Positions 63,713-64,000 of a DNA stretch of 64,000 nucleotides are shown piece after piece (the first letter of the stretch is position 1; each line of letters begins with the position of its first letter). Source of the DNA: Mytilus edulis (taxonomy: Eukaryota). The stretch is taken from NCBI RefSeq assembly GCF_963676685.1, contig NC_092347.1, forward strand, positions 55,118,001 through 55,182,000, given 5' to 3'. Under the pieces are notes generated by a model. The model made no database searches. It had not been told where the DNA came from and worked only from the letters and a program-made list of their open reading frames with translations. Both the position numbers and the translations under genes were made by a program.

Positions 63713-63923
63713 CATACCTGACAACTTTTCAAAATGCACATGGGGGTTTTGCGTGCAAGATGGCAGTCATAGTCCTAAAAAACCTTCAAATACATTTAAA
63801 TGTTGTTTTTTGGCTTCTTCATACTTTTATAAGCCTAAGGCATTGTAAAAATAGTTGTTTTGTTTAAAATTGTGGACCTCCATGGGGGAAATCCCACACA
63901 AATAGTGACAGTTGGCAGGAATG
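63713..63923 (-). mobile_element. inverted second copy of the same MITE
   Basis: The reverse complement aligns to 63202-63458 (e.g. GTCCACAATTTTAAACAAAA, AAAAGTATGA.GAAGCCA, GCCATCTTGCA). Confidence 0.7.
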
Positions 63924-64000
63924 CCTTACAATCTTACATAAGTCAAAATAATTGTTTTGTTTTTTCAATATATCCAGTTCTGAAACCAAATAAGTTGAAG

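Overview
AT-rich eukaryotic (metazoan) genomic DNA. The repeat families suggest a bivalve, probably Mytilus; this is an inference. There are two convergent intron-containing genes, both reconstructed by hand from GT-AG junctions with consistent reading phase. (1) On the + strand, a compact 3-exon gene (CDS 2964-3039, 25002-25304, 29128-29237; 162 aa) encodes a signal peptide, one I-set Ig domain and a probable GPI-anchor tail. It has a TATA/Inr core promoter and a 22-kb first intron. (2) On the - strand are the last 17 coding exons (602 aa) of AP5B1, the AP-5 adaptor beta subunit, from 63110 down to 42036; its 5' part lies beyond the window. Most of the remaining sequence is transposon-derived: Helentron-associated (HINE-like) elements with internal tandem repeats, many TIR MITEs, and degenerate Penelope-like RT fragments. 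The most notable non-coding signals are three. First, a set of ~355-370-nt retrozyme-type repeats carrying minimal type I hammerhead ribozymes in the Ig-gene introns; two flank the Ig exon in sense orientation, and one locus is a fold-back. Second, an intergenic GC-richer island (38.4-38.9 kb) with a TATA-like box, a 59-nt intron, AATAAA and a nested ~335-nt rod-like RNA fold that matches no ncRNA I recognise. Third, several perfect palindromes and collapsed transposons. Most ORFs in the supplied track are spurious or are shadows of repeats or exons.
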